DNA from: Scyliorhinus canicula
Lineage: Eukaryota
DNA length: 64,000 nucleotides
Assembly (NCBI RefSeq): GCF_902713615.1
Contig: NC_052152.1
Span: 51,559,810 to 51,623,809 of the forward strand
Direction of reading: 5' to 3'
Shown here: positions 49,411 to 61,246 of the stretch, piece after piece
Position numbering within the stretch: position 1 is the stretch's first letter
Layout of the letters: each line of letters begins with the position of its first letter
Translations under genes and position numbers: made by a program
Notes under the pieces: model-generated
What the model saw: the letters and a program-made list of their open reading frames with translations, nothing else
The model's database searches: none
Told to the model about the DNA's origin: nothing

Positions 49411-49416
49411 TTTATT
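49411..49416 (-). terminator. trim45: Candidate poly(A) signal of trim45
   Basis: First minus-strand AATAAA I found below the stop, about 370 nt into the 3' UTR. Confidence 0.4.
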
Positions 49417-49783
49417 ACTCTCCATGCCGTAAGAGTGTTCATTTTTGAAAGCTGCAACAAAAATACATTACTATTTCCTTTGCTTTCCTTCCACTGGAGT
49501 CGTTTATAGTTGGTTAAGTGAACTTTTATGTTTCTTTTTTTTGATGAGTTTTAACCGGGAAGTTAGTCATTTTGACAAGATCCCCAAAGTAATCGATACT
49601 GACCAGATCAGAACATCTCAATTTTTGTCCTCACCCCTGGAATAAGAAAGATTATACCAGTCATTAAACTGGCAAAACATTGAAGTAACCTTGAAGTTTT
49701 CCAATTCGGCTGAAAGGTCATTACTTCACTGCAAAAATTTCCATTCATCGATCTTATATATGTGGTTAACTTGCCTTGACTTT

Positions 49784-49932
49784 TTACAAAGCAACAGTTC
49801 TAATCAGGCTCTGATAAGTGTTGCCATTTAGTGTTCCAGAGCATTCTGAATTTTCTGTCAACTTTCCACAACAGGACCAGTGCAGCTGGCCAGGGTGACC
49901 TTTATGCCCATGTCCGCAGCCTTGGTACCCAC
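49784..49932 (-). CDS. trim45: TRIM45 last coding exon: (G)GYQGCGHGHKGHPGQLHWSCCGKLTENSECSGTLNGNTYQSLIRTVAL*
   Basis: Acceptor TTTGCCCTTTGATTGGCAG|GT, phase 1. Matches the vertebrate TRIM45 C-terminus as I recall it (GCGHGHKGHPG..HWSCCGK...RTVAL). Confidence 0.92.
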
Positions 49933-50455
49933 CTGCCAATCAAAGGGCAAAAAGCAAATTTTCACGATACTATACACTCAGTAATATCAGTAAATTTAAT
50001 GTAATCTCATGTCAGAAACGCATATCACACTAACTGCGTTTTTTAAAACCTTCTTTAAGGTGGCAAACATTAAGATAATCCTGCCCTATATTCTGAGCCC
50101 AGTCCTATTTCTGAACTGTATCATTTCCAAGGGTTCTAATTCAGACTGTCAAGAATACATTTAAAAATTAATGACAACTGTAAAGTAAGATACAAACAAA
50201 AATGTCTCTGGGACTTTTATTCATCAATGATTAATTGAGTGCATTGTTGCATTTAGATAATATGTATTAACTGGGGCGCCTCTGAATTTGAAGACACTGA
50301 AAGTGTGGTTGTTGAATTTGGAGGCGTGTGCTTGTAATTTGTGTCTCTGCAAATAAAGTTTAAAAGTGTGCAAAGCTTAGGCTCCAGTTCCATCCCCCAC
50401 TTGCTGGCTATCTTAAGTGGAACGGTACATGCAAAAGTTTTTATATTAAACTCAC

Positions 50456-50582
50456 CAGGCATTGTGCCTCTGCAGCCACAACGAACATCTTTTTGTCCGC
50501 CACTGGAACAGAATGTGCAGCAATGGAATATACCAGGGTGCTTACGGAATTTACTCGTGACCGCTATAGTGAATGGAGATCC
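50456..50582 (-). CDS. trim45: TRIM45 penultimate exon: GSPFTIAVTSKFRKHPGIFHCCTFCSSGGQKDVRCGCRGTMP
   Basis: Acceptor TTGTTTTATCAG|GGA and donor CCTG|GTGAGT; 127 bp, phase 0-1. End of the filamin repeat (GSPF) plus the FHCCTFCSSGGQK motif. I found no earlier exons in the window. Confidence 0.92.
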
Positions 50583-51984
50583 CTGATAAAACAACAGCAG
50601 GTTATTAAAGTTACATTGCAGTTAACCTCTGTTGAAATAACAATCTTTCTTTTAAAATTAAATGCAAATGCACAATAGCAAAGTAAATAAAATATTGACT
50701 TTTACTAAAAAATGATTGAGCCCCTCTTCGATACACAGAAGTGACCAAATGTACAGCTGCTCTACTGAAGAGCAAGTTTCAATCGCAATAATATTGTGAT
50801 CTCTCCGAAACATATTTATAATACCTGTGTTATACTGTTAACGTTTTTTGGGTCACCTTACTCATAACCTAGAAAAATAGACTAATCCAGAGAATGAGAG
50901 CTCAACTCCCACCTCAGCTATTTAAGAACTTGATCTTTTTGATTTGCTTTTGGGGCCAGGAAGCTGCCAGACTGCTGGAAAAACCCAACTGATGTGTCTG
51001 AGGGAACAAAACCCACCTGCATGTACCCAGTTTAGCCTATGTGTGACTCCAGTTGCACGCCAATATGGCTGACTTTTAGCTGAAGTGGCCAAACAAATCA
51101 ATGTATCAAACCACTTCAAGAAGGCAGTGCCTGAGTAGATTAAAACTAATAGGTTTATTTAGGAGCAATATAACACAATGCTGTAAAGACAAAGAGAATA
51201 CAGAGAAAAGAATAGAATCCATCCACATGGTGGGAAATTACCTCCTTTCTAGAATCCAATCCGTTTTTCAATGGTTTGTTCATAGTTTGTTCATAAATAA
51301 CATTAGCTAGGACACAGCCAGATTAATGAACACATTTCTGATTACTGCATTCCAGGAAGGATGCGATCAAATTTAGAAAGGGTACAAAAGAGATTTCGGA
51401 AGGTGTTGCCAGGAATTTTATCATAGGCTGGGATTGTTTACTCTGGAACAGAGGAGAATGAGGTAAGATTTAATTGGGATGTCTCGATGTCTAGATAGGG
51501 TGAATAGGAAGGACCTGTTTCCCAAGTTGCGGGGGGTAGCTTTAACTTAATTAGTTAAAGGATAAGGGGGGAAACGGAGGAGAAATCTTTCTCCCAGAGG
51601 GTGAAGAACTCATTGCCTGAAAGATAGTAGAGGCAAAGATCCTTATCCTATTTTATAAAGTACTTGGATATGTACTTGAAGTGTCGTAACATACAAGAGC
51701 TTGAATAAGATTAGGTTGGTTAGCTGTTTTACAGTCAGCACAGGTGGACTGGATGACCTGTGCAGTAAATTTTCCAGGACTCTATGAACCCTCTATTCGA
51801 TTCTCACCCATTTGCTTATCTATGTTCCTCTTAAAAGGCATCTATTCTATTCACCTAAATCACTTTCTTTGGTAGCGAGTTCCACATTTTCACCATCTTT
51901 GGGTAAGAAAAATAAATACAATGCATGGACTGTTAGCAGAAGATAAGGGAACTAAATGTCTCTCACAAACTTAAACTAGCTGCA

Positions 51985-52140
51985 GTGAAAGACCAAAATG
52001 GACAGATAATTAGAGGCAAACAGGAGAGTAACAAGCGGTGGAAAGAATATTTAGGATTGATACAGAGTATAGTGAAAAAATTGTCCTGCAGAGTTAGCCT
52101 GAGAACGGGATCAATACTGGAGACAGGAGGTCAAGGCAAT
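51985..52140 (+). mobile_element. RTE-like LINE fragment
   Basis: KDQNGQIIRGKQESNKRWKEY resembles the linker between the endonuclease and RT domains of RTE ORFs. Confidence 0.45.
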
Positions 52141-52156
52141 GATGTTCCAAATAACA

Positions 52157-52775
52157 GGCGCGATCTACCAGCTGCTTTGTGCCTTCGCCAGATTGAAAGG
52201 CCACCCCTGGCAGCTACCAGCCTCACTGAGGAGATTGCAGTCAGGCGCAGTTCAGTACTGGTCCCCACAAACGGGTACTTGGTGGACGGTATCTGCGGGG
52301 GAGGGGGGGGGGGGGGGGGCTCCCAGGTGATAGGAATCCCATGGGTGAGCGGCCTCCAGGCAGAGTGGCACCCTGGCACTACTGGTGACACCTGGGCACC
52401 GTGGCACTGCCAGCCTGGCATCCGCCAGTGGCACCTGAACACCCTGGCAGTGTTATCCAGGATCCAGCCCGGCACTGCCAGGGCCCTAGGCGGCACCGCC
52501 AGGCTGAGTCACTGCCAGACCGACAGTGCCAAGGTGCCAAGCTGACATTGTACCTGCGCCATGGATCAGGCCATGGGGTGCCCTGCCCAAGAGCCCCCGA
52601 TATGTGAGTCGGGGGAGTCTGTCCTTCCTGACTGAGGAGCTCCTCTCGTCGTAAATGTGGTTAACTGTGGCCTCGGTGGGGCCATCCCTGCTGGGGCACG
52701 AAAACAAGACACAGTGCCAGAGTTCTAATCCCGCCCAGAATGGCACTCTGTTTCATTTTGGTTAGATTGTGCACA
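52157..52775. mobile_element. Probable non-autonomous DNA transposon (different TIR family)
   Basis: GGCGCGATCTA...TTAGATTGTGC ends; GC-rich interior with GGCACTGCC motifs. Confidence 0.4.
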
Positions 52776-52869
52776 ACATCTCACAGCATGAATTCATTTT
52801 TAGAGCCCTATCTCATTTGTACGCATTAATTCATACAATGTAGACATTGCTGCAATCAGCAGCTCTGGT

Positions 52870-53650
52870 CAATCTCTAATTGCCTTTGAGATGGTGGGGG
52901 TGAGCCACCACCCTGTACACACCCCTGTCTGTACGGTAATGTACACATCCCTGTCTGCATCAACGGAGCCGAGGTGGAGATGGTTGACAGCTTCAAATTC
53001 CGAGTTGTGCACATCACCAAAAATCTGTCCTGGTCCACCCAGGTCGACGCTATAACTAAGAAAGCACAACACCGCCTAGACTTCCTCAGGAAACTAAGGA
53101 TATTCAGCATGTCCACACTGACTCTTACCAACTTTTACAGATGCACCATAGAAAGCAGCCTATCACAGCCTGATATGGCAATTGCTCGGCCCAAGACCGT
53201 AAGAAACTTTGGAAAGTCGTGAACACAGCCCAGTACATCACACAAACTTGCCTCCCATCCTTTGACTCTATCTACACCTCCTGCTGCCTTGGGAAAGCGG
53301 GCAGCATAATCAAAGACCCCTCCCATTCGGCTTACTCACTCTTCCAACTTCTTCCATCAGGCAGGAGATACAAAAGTCTGAGAACACATGGAACAAATTC
53401 ACAAACAGCTTCTTCCCCGCTGATACCAGACTCCTAAACGACCCTCTTATGGACTGACCTGATTAATACTACACTCCTGTATGCTTCACCCAATGCCGGT
53501 GTCTATATATTTACATTGTGTACATTGTGTTGCCCCATTATGTATTTTATTTTCATGTACTAAATGATCTGTTTGAGCTGCTCGCAGAAAAATACTTTTC
53601 ACTGTACCTCGGTACACATGACATTAAAAAAATCCAATCCAATCCAATCC
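52870..53650 (+). mobile_element. Rex1/Babar-type LINE 3' fragment
   Basis: VDSFKF..VHITKNLSWS...KKAQHRL.FLRKLR...FYRCTIES (DUF1891-like) with a (CCAAT)n tail. Confidence 0.8.
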
Positions 53651-53734
53651 ATGACCCGCTGCAGTTCATATGGTGTAGGTACACACACAGCGCTGTAAAG
53701 GAATAAGTCCCAGGATTTGGACACAGTATCAATG

Positions 53735-54040
53735 GAAGAATCATGAAGGAGGTCATTCAGCCCATTGAGTCTGTACCAGCCCTCCGAAAGATCATTCTAC
53801 CTAGGCCCAATCTCCTGCCCTAACCTCGTAACTCCACCTAACCGTTGGACACAAAGGGGTAATATATCATGGCTAATTCACCCAACCTGCACATCTTTGG
53901 ACTGTGGGAGGAAACCGGAGCACCCGGAGGAAACCCATGCAGACATGGGAAGAATGTGCAAACTCCATACTGACAGTAACCCGAGGTCGGAATTGAACCC
54001 GGTCTCTAGCGCTGTGAGGCAGCAGTGCTAACCACTGTGC
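53735..54040 (-). mobile_element. HE1-like V-SINE
   Basis: Head, V-domain and tail on the minus strand. Confidence 0.75.
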
Positions 54041-54896
54041 CAGTGATATAGCTCCAAGTCAGGATGTTGTGTGACTTGGAGTGACACAGTGCTTTGTTCT
54101 TGAAAATCAAAGGGGAATAGGGAGGGACGGACTTTAAAAAACCCACAATCAACAGGAAACTATTAGAACTATAGACTGACAGGTCCCCAGGACCTTGTGG
54201 TCTGCATCCCAAGAGGAAGTAGCTACATTGGTTATATTCTTCCAAAATTCCCCAGATTCTTAAAAGGTCCAAGCACGTTGGAAAACCAAAGATGGAACAC
54301 CTCTTATCAAGAAAGGAGGGAGATAGCAAAACCAAAAGCCGGTTAGCCCAACACCAGTTATAATAAAAAATGCTAGATCCATTATTTAGGCAGTAATTGA
54401 AGAATTCTGGCAGATGGAAATTAATTATGAATAATTATAGTTAGTTTTGACTATTGATTAAAAATTGTAAGATTGGAGAACAAGTCAGTAAGTATTTGGG
54501 TTAACGTGGAGCATCAGTCCACAAAGTAAAGGAACCACTGAGGTCAAGGAACTCAGTTGATATCATCACTGACTGTGTGTTAGGCTCTGATTCAAAGAAT
54601 TCCAAGAACTAAATCAAGTCTAGTTGGGTTCAGAGTATGTTCTCTATTCTTGGTATTGTAGGAGCCTCATTTAATTTCTTGGAGGAAATAGTCAACTCAT
54701 AAACAGTGCAGAGACAATAAAGAGAAGTTAAACAGAAGTGTGAGATACAGCAATGGAAGGACATGATTGGAAGGGCCAGTTAGCTCAGTTGGCTAGATTA
54801 CGAGCATGTTCAATCCCCACTCCAGCTGAGGAAAGCTTGGGGCTCGCATCCTCACCCTGTCTCCATAGCAAAATCATGGAATAAATCACAACCCAG

Positions 54897-56476
54897 GGCC
54901 GGGTTCTCTGGCCCTGCGCCGGGTCGGACAATCCCTGGGGGTAGATGCGAATCCCGCCCCGCTGCTGGCTTCCCTATTCACCGGCGCCGTTTTTCAGGCG
55001 GCGGTGGGATTCACCCCCCCTCGGCGATTTTCCAGGACCTGATGGGCCGAGTGGCCGACAGGTTTAGCCCAGTCCCGTCGGTGTGAATTACTCACCTCAC
55101 ACACGGTGGGACCTGGCAGGTAAGTGTGCGGGGGCCAACCTGGGGGCGGGGGGGGGGGGGGGGGGGGGGGGGGGACCGACCCAGGATCGGGGCCGACCGA
55201 TCGGTGGGTGGGCTGGTTCCGTGGGGGCCTTCTTTCCTCTGCGCCGGGCCTCTGTAGGGCTCCGCCATATTCCCCGGGGGCCGCCGCGGAGAAGGGAACC
55301 CCCGCGCATGCGCAAACACGCTGCCCAGTCCGCGCAAGCACGAACTCGTGCTAGCCCTACGGCATCGGTTGGAGCTGCGGGAACCACTCCGGCGTCAACC
55401 TAGCCCCCTAGAAAGTGGACAATTCCTCATTTTCGGGGGCCATTGACGCCGGAGTGGGTGACGGCGGAGTGGGTGACGGCGGAGTGGGTGACGGCGGAGT
55501 GGGTGACGGCGGAGTGGGTGACGGCGGAGTGGGTGACGCCGGAGTGGGTGACGCCGGAGTGGTTGGCACCGGAGTGGGTGACGCCAGAGTGGTAGGCGGC
55601 GGAGTGGGTGACGGCGGAGTGGGTGACGGCGGAGTGGGTGACGGCGGAGTGGGTGACGGCGGAGTGGGTGACGGCGGAGTGGGTGACGGCGGAGTGGGTG
55701 ACGGCGGAGTGGGTGACGGCGGAGTGGGTGACGGCGGAGTGGGTGACGGCGGAGTGGGTGACGGCGGAGTGGGTGACGGCGGAGTGGGTGACGGCGGAGT
55801 GGGTGACGCCGGAGTGGGTGACGGCGGAGTGGGTGACGGCGGAGTGGGTGACGCCGGAGTGGGTGACGCCGGAGTGGGTGACGCCGGAGTGGGTGACGCC
55901 GGAGTGGGTGACGCCGGAGTGGTTGGCACCGGAGTGGGTGACGCCAGAGTGGTTGGCGCCAGAGTGGTTGGCACCGGAGTGGGTGACGGCGGAGTGGGTG
56001 ACGCCGGAGTGGGTGACGCCGGAGTGGGTGACGCCGGAGTGGGTGACGCCGGAGTGGGTGACGCCGGAGTGGGTGACGCCGGAGTGGGTGACGCCGGAGT
56101 GGGTGACGCCGGAGTGGTTGGCACCGGAGTGGTTGGCACCGGAGTGGGTGACGCCGGAGTGGATGACGCCGGAGTGGATGACGCCGGAGTGGTTGGCACC
56201 GGAGTGGGTGACGCCAGAGTAGTTGGCACCGGAGTGGTTGGCACTGGAGTGGGTGACGCCGGAGTGGGTGACGCCGGAGCGGGTGGCGCCGGAGCGGGTG
56301 ACGCCGGAGCGGGTGACGCCGGAGCGGGTGGCGCCGGAGCGGGTGACGCCGGAGTGGGTGACGCCGGAGTGGGTGACGCCGGAGTGGGTGACGCCGGAGT
56401 GGTTGGCGCCGGAGTGGTTGGTGCCGGTTTTCATTCCGGTTTGGGAACATTGCCCCATTATTGGAGAATCCCGCCC
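54897..56476. mobile_element. Harbinger MITE enlarged by an internal tandem array
   Basis: GGCCGGGTTCTCT...GGAGAATCCCGCCC ends with a CAG TSD (54894-54896, 56477-56479). Confidence 0.75.
55445..56425. repeat. 15-bp minisatellite (GACGSCGGAGTGGGT)n, about 65 copies
   Basis: Direct reading; no unique spacers between units. Confidence 0.95.
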
Positions 56477-56654
56477 CAGTAACCTTCGAATCATTGCGGA
56501 TTCTACCTGAAGACAAAGTACATGATTGTAGGAAGGGAGCAATTCCAAACGTGGTGCGAGATATTGAAAAATCGATGAACAGAGAGTACACCGTGACACG
56601 CTCTAATCAGTGACCAGCCAGAGAACGAACGCAAGGTTCTTAAAAAGTAATTTA

Positions 56655-56865
56655 GCATGGCAGTGCAGTGGTTAGCACTTCCACCTCATGGCGCCGAGCA
56701 CCCGGGTTTGGTCCATGTGGAGTTTGCATATTCTCCCCGGGTCTGCGTGGGTCTCAGCCCCACAACCTAAAGATGTGCAGGATAGATGAATTGGCCACGC
56801 TAAATTGCCTCTTAATTGGAAAACAAAGAATTGGGTACTCAAAATTTATAAAAGTAAATTAAAAT
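56655..56865 (+). mobile_element. Short V-SINE, A-rich tail
   Basis: Same family as 45248-45480. Confidence 0.7.
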
Positions 56866-57333
56866 AATAATTTAGAGGAATTGGGAATGAAACTGGCAGA
56901 GCTCAAATATTTTTAATCAAACTCCAACTACGTCACAGGCTATGGGGAGAGCAGACAGGGAGGCAGTTGTATTGATTCTGGGGAGTGCATTGAGAAAGGG
57001 ACTGGTTGTCCCCACTGGTCCTCCAGCAGCCCCTTCCCGCTTCCCTTCTACACCCACCATCCTCCCCCCATCCTCCAATATATTCTGTGATATTAGAACC
57101 GGAAAACCTAACTGCATTCCGGAAGGTTCCGTTGCCTAGTGAAATGCCTGATAATTTTACCCATTGAAAGGACGCTACAGCAAGAGACTTCTGGTGAAGA
57201 AATAAATAACATCTAGGCAATGCCTTTCATAGCTTCAAGATATGCTGACGTGCTTCAGTAATTATTTTTCTGGTGTGCCATTTCATTGGAAAAAATGTTG
57301 AGCTTTATTGTGTAGCCAATAATACGTTAAAAA

Positions 57334-57845
57334 GGGCAGCACGGTGGCGCACTGGGTAGCACCGCAGCCTCACGGCGCCGAGGACTCAGGTTCGATCCCG
57401 GCTCTGGGTCACTGTCCGTGTGGAGTTTGCACATTTTCCCAGCGTTTGCGTGTGTTTTGCCACCACAGACTGTGCGGAGTCTGCACATCCTCCCCGTGTG
57501 TGCGTGGGTTTCCTCCGGGTGCTCCGGTTTCCTCCCACAGTCCAAAGATGTGCAGGTTAGGTGGATTGGCCATACTAAACTGCCCCTAGTGTCCAAAATT
57601 GCCCTTAGTGTTGGGTGGGGTTACTGGGTTATGGGGATAGGGTGAAGGTGTTAACCTTGGGTAGGGTGCTCTTTCCAGGAGCCGGTGCAGACTCGGTGGG
57701 TCGAATGGCCTCCTTCTGCACTGTAAATTCTATGTAAAACCCAAAGATGTGCAGGTTAGGTGAATTGGCCACGCTAAATTGCCCCTTAATTGGAAAAATA
57801 AATTGGATACTCTAAAAAATATTTTAAAATAATATGTTAAAAAAA
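57334..57845 (+). mobile_element. A-tailed V-SINE with a 5'-truncated HE1 inserted at about 57466-57735
   Basis: Head 57334-57465 and tail 57740-57845 rejoin as ...CCACAACCCAAAGATG; the insert ends CTGTAAATTCTATG. Confidence 0.7.
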
Positions 57846-57859
57846 AAACCACGGCATTT

Positions 57860-58042
57860 ACTTTTTTAATAAATTTAGAGTGGCCAATCTACCTAACCTG
57901 CACATCTTTGGGTTGTGGGGGTGAAACCCACACAGACATGAGAATGTGCAAACTCCACACGGACAGTGACCCAAGGCCGGGATATGAACCCGGCTCCTCA
58001 GCGTCGCAGTCCCAGTGCTATCCACTGCGCCACATGCCGCCC
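57860..58042 (-). mobile_element. Short V-SINE, tail-to-tail with the previous one
   Basis: Reverse-complement copy of the A-tailed family. Confidence 0.75.
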
Positions 58043-58548
58043 TAACCACAGCATTTATAAATAGACAAAGTTTTAATTCCATTAATGTTCAGCTGGTGTC
58101 AGATCACTGGAACAGTAAAACAAATGTGACAGTGAAATAAGCCAAATGACTCCAAGGGTGAGGAGGGTCTTTTTGGAGCGGGGCAGGGATAGAGGGGGGC
58201 TGGCACTGCCCAAACTCTCTGGGTACTGAAGTAGGACATTTTTTAAGGCTATATTGGATTCGTATTAATATTTACATCATCAAAGCATTCTTCATTTATT
58301 GGACTGATTGGCACCATTTATGATATAAAGGGATGGGCATTCGTTTGAATCCCATTTTTGCACAGCTGAGAAACCTTTTTCGAACGAAATGGAGAATCTA
58401 TAATCTGCCTAGCAACAGCACAAAGCTGCATTTTAAAATGGCACCATGGCCAGAAGATCGGGATATCTGCGATTCAAGACCCTGACAGTGGGGATATATA
58501 TCAATATATATATATATTTTGATTAAAGCTAAGACTTATAAAATGAAA

Positions 58549-59077
58549 TGTTGTAAAACCAAAATGACCCAGGCAGGCAAAAGAAACCTAAGGATTAAAT
58601 ATATTGATTAGATTAGTTTTACACACAGACACAAATCCTATCAAACAGGAGGCTGACACAATAGATTCCCAGGTTAACCCAGGAACCACACTCAACACCT
58701 AATCAAGGTACAGCATAGAGATAATGGGACCCCATTGTAAATCAAGGGAACACCTATTAAAACCAAGCAGATAACGAGACATTGGCGTCAGAGTCAGGAA
58801 GCCCGGGAAATCATGTATCTGTACTATTTATTTGTACTATTCAAATGTAAAACGGCAAAAGCCCGCCAAAACCTTGCAAATGCTTGTACTCTCTATAAAT
58901 ATTGAACCTCGTCTGCATATCAGCGAGATCACCGTGGCCAAGCCATTGTTAGGAGCTGGCTGCGTGGGTCTCCCTGAAGGACTTCAGAATGTGTACAATA
59001 CAGTAAAAATGCTTTGAACCTTGCCTTGAGACTCGACTTCTTAAATGCACTGGCACAAGGGATTTTTCCCTTCAACA
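58549..59077 (+). mobile_element. Probable solo LTR, 529 bp
   Basis: TGTTG...CAACA terminal inverted ends, TATAAATA near 58894 and AGTAAA signal. No TSD; an L1 starts immediately after. Confidence 0.5.
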
Positions 59078-60455
59078 GTACTATTGGGCGGCTAATGTCT
59101 CGATGGTATGCAAGTGGGTAATGGATGGGGAGGGGGCAGCATGGAAACGGATGGAGATGGCGTCCTGTGGAGGCACGAGCCTGAAGGCACTGATAATGGC
59201 GCTGTTGCCACTCCCTCCACGAGGTACACTACAAGCCCGGTGGTGGCAGCTACCCTCAAGATTTGGGGGCAGTGGAGGCGACACAGGGGGGAAGTGGGGG
59301 GCGCGGTGGAGGCCCCGCTGCGGGGGAACCACCGGTTTGTTCCAGGGAACATTGATGGCGGGTTCCTGGGGTGGCACAGGGAAGTTGGGAGACCTGTTCA
59401 TTGACGGGAGGTTTGCGAGCCTGGGTGAGCTGGAGGAGAAGTTTGAGCTCCCCCCGGGGAATATGTTCAGGTACCTTCAGGTCAAGGCGTTTGCTAGGCG
59501 GCAGGTGGAGGGGTTCCCTTCGCTGCCTTCCCGGGGGGGTAAGGGATAGGGTGCTTTCGGGGGTGTGGGTCGGGGATGGGAAGGTGTCTGACATCTACCA
59601 GGTGATGCAGGAGGTGGAGGAGGCGTCGGTAGAGGAGCTGAAGGCTAAGTGGGAAGTGGAGCTGGGGGAGCAGATTGAGGAGGGGACATGGGCGGATGCC
59701 CTGGAGAGGGTGAACTCCTCCTCTTCATGTGCGAGGCTTAGCCTCATCCAGTTCAAGATACTGCACAGGGCTCATATGTCCGGGACGAGGATGAGCAGGT
59801 TTTTTGGGGGTGAGGACAGGTGCATTAGGTGTTCGGGGAGCCCAGTGAACCATGCCCATATGTTTTGGGCATGCCCGGCACTGGAGAAATTCTGGCAGGG
59901 GGTGGCGAGGACGGTGTCGAGGGTGGTAGGGTCCAGGGTCAAGCCAGGCTGGGGACTCACGATATTTGGGGTTGGGGTGGAGCCGGCAGTGCAGGAGGTG
60001 AAAGAAGCCGGTGTTTTGACCTTTGCGTCCCTAGTAGCCCGGCGGAGGATCTTCTTGCAATGGAAAGATGCGAGACCCCCAAGCGTGGAGACCTGGATCA
60101 ATGACATGGCGGGATTCATTAAGCTGGAGAAGGTCAAATTTGCCCTGAGGGGGTCGGTACAAGGGTTCTTTAGGCGGTGGCAGCCTTTCCTCGACCTTCT
60201 GGCGCAACGATAGGGAACTAGGTCAGCAGCAGCAGCAACCCGGGGGGAAGGGGGGGGGGGGGGCGTTTTAGGGGGGTATTGTTTATGTTAATTTAATTTA
60301 TTTTAAATTTATTTTGTTGTCCATCGGGTTTGGTAGGGGTGGGGGGGGGTTTGTTATATGCGTTGTTACGGGTCCGGGTGGTGTTTATTATTGTTATTAT
60401 TATTGTTCTGTTGTTATACATTTTTCAAAAATTTCAATAAAAATTATTTTTTAAA
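59078..60455 (+). mobile_element. 5'-truncated L1 of the young family
   Basis: ORF2 C-terminal pieces (59103-60213), 3' UTR and AATAAAAATTATTTTTTAAAAAAA. Confidence 0.9.
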
Positions 60456-61246
60456 AAAAGTAATAAGCCAAATGCAGCTCTCTGTGACATCATGAGTTGG
60501 ATGCATCAGATTGGATAAATAGCTGCTGGGGAACACGGCTATCTCCTGGTGTCCTGCCCAAAAGCCCACTGAAAAAACACCAAACTGAGCTAGAAGGTAA
60601 AATATAACACATTTCATGCCTCCACCCAAACCCCTTTGGCAAAAACAATCTTCTACCTTGATTAGAGAAATTTTGCTGTGGTTGTGTCCAGTATATCCTG
60701 CATCATTCTGGAACTTTTAGTAAGTCTTGGTGCAGGAGAAGGTTCAGGAAGTAGAAATAAGCATAGCCAGTAGAACTAGAACATTGTCTATGAATTAACG
60801 AACTTTCACTTCAGGTTGTTGACACTTGATAGAATATATAATCTGGTATTTTATGGATAAAGACATTTTAGAAACCAGAGATTGAACTACTCTAAACATT
60901 ATTTATTGATCACTGGTTGTTGTTTTTGCATTAATTTACTGGCTACTTTCGTGCAGGTATTAACCATTTGATATAAATAGATTATTGACTGCATTAAACA
61001 GCAGGGAAGTGTGCAATGTTAAAATGTTAACAAATCAACTAGAGGGGCAATTAAATCTCTGTGTGGATTAAAATTCATATCTTTATCAATTTTAATGAGT
61101 AAAAAAGCATAGGAATAACACTTTATTCCCATCTACTTTCTCAGTAAATTAACTAAGGTGGAAATGTCTGACTAAGGAGAGTCTGATCAATTTCTGGAGC
61201 AACCAGCAACAGTTCAGAGCGTTAATGATTAGAAAGGTCAAGAACA

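Noticed and set aside
55395-56599. Long ORFs in several frames (GDGGV, RRHPL, SPTPP, VTHS repeats); collagen-, mucin- or protamine-like, or a CRISPR array
   Set aside because: They are by-products of a stop-free 15-bp tandem unit inside a MITE. There are no unique spacers, no cas genes and no splice support.
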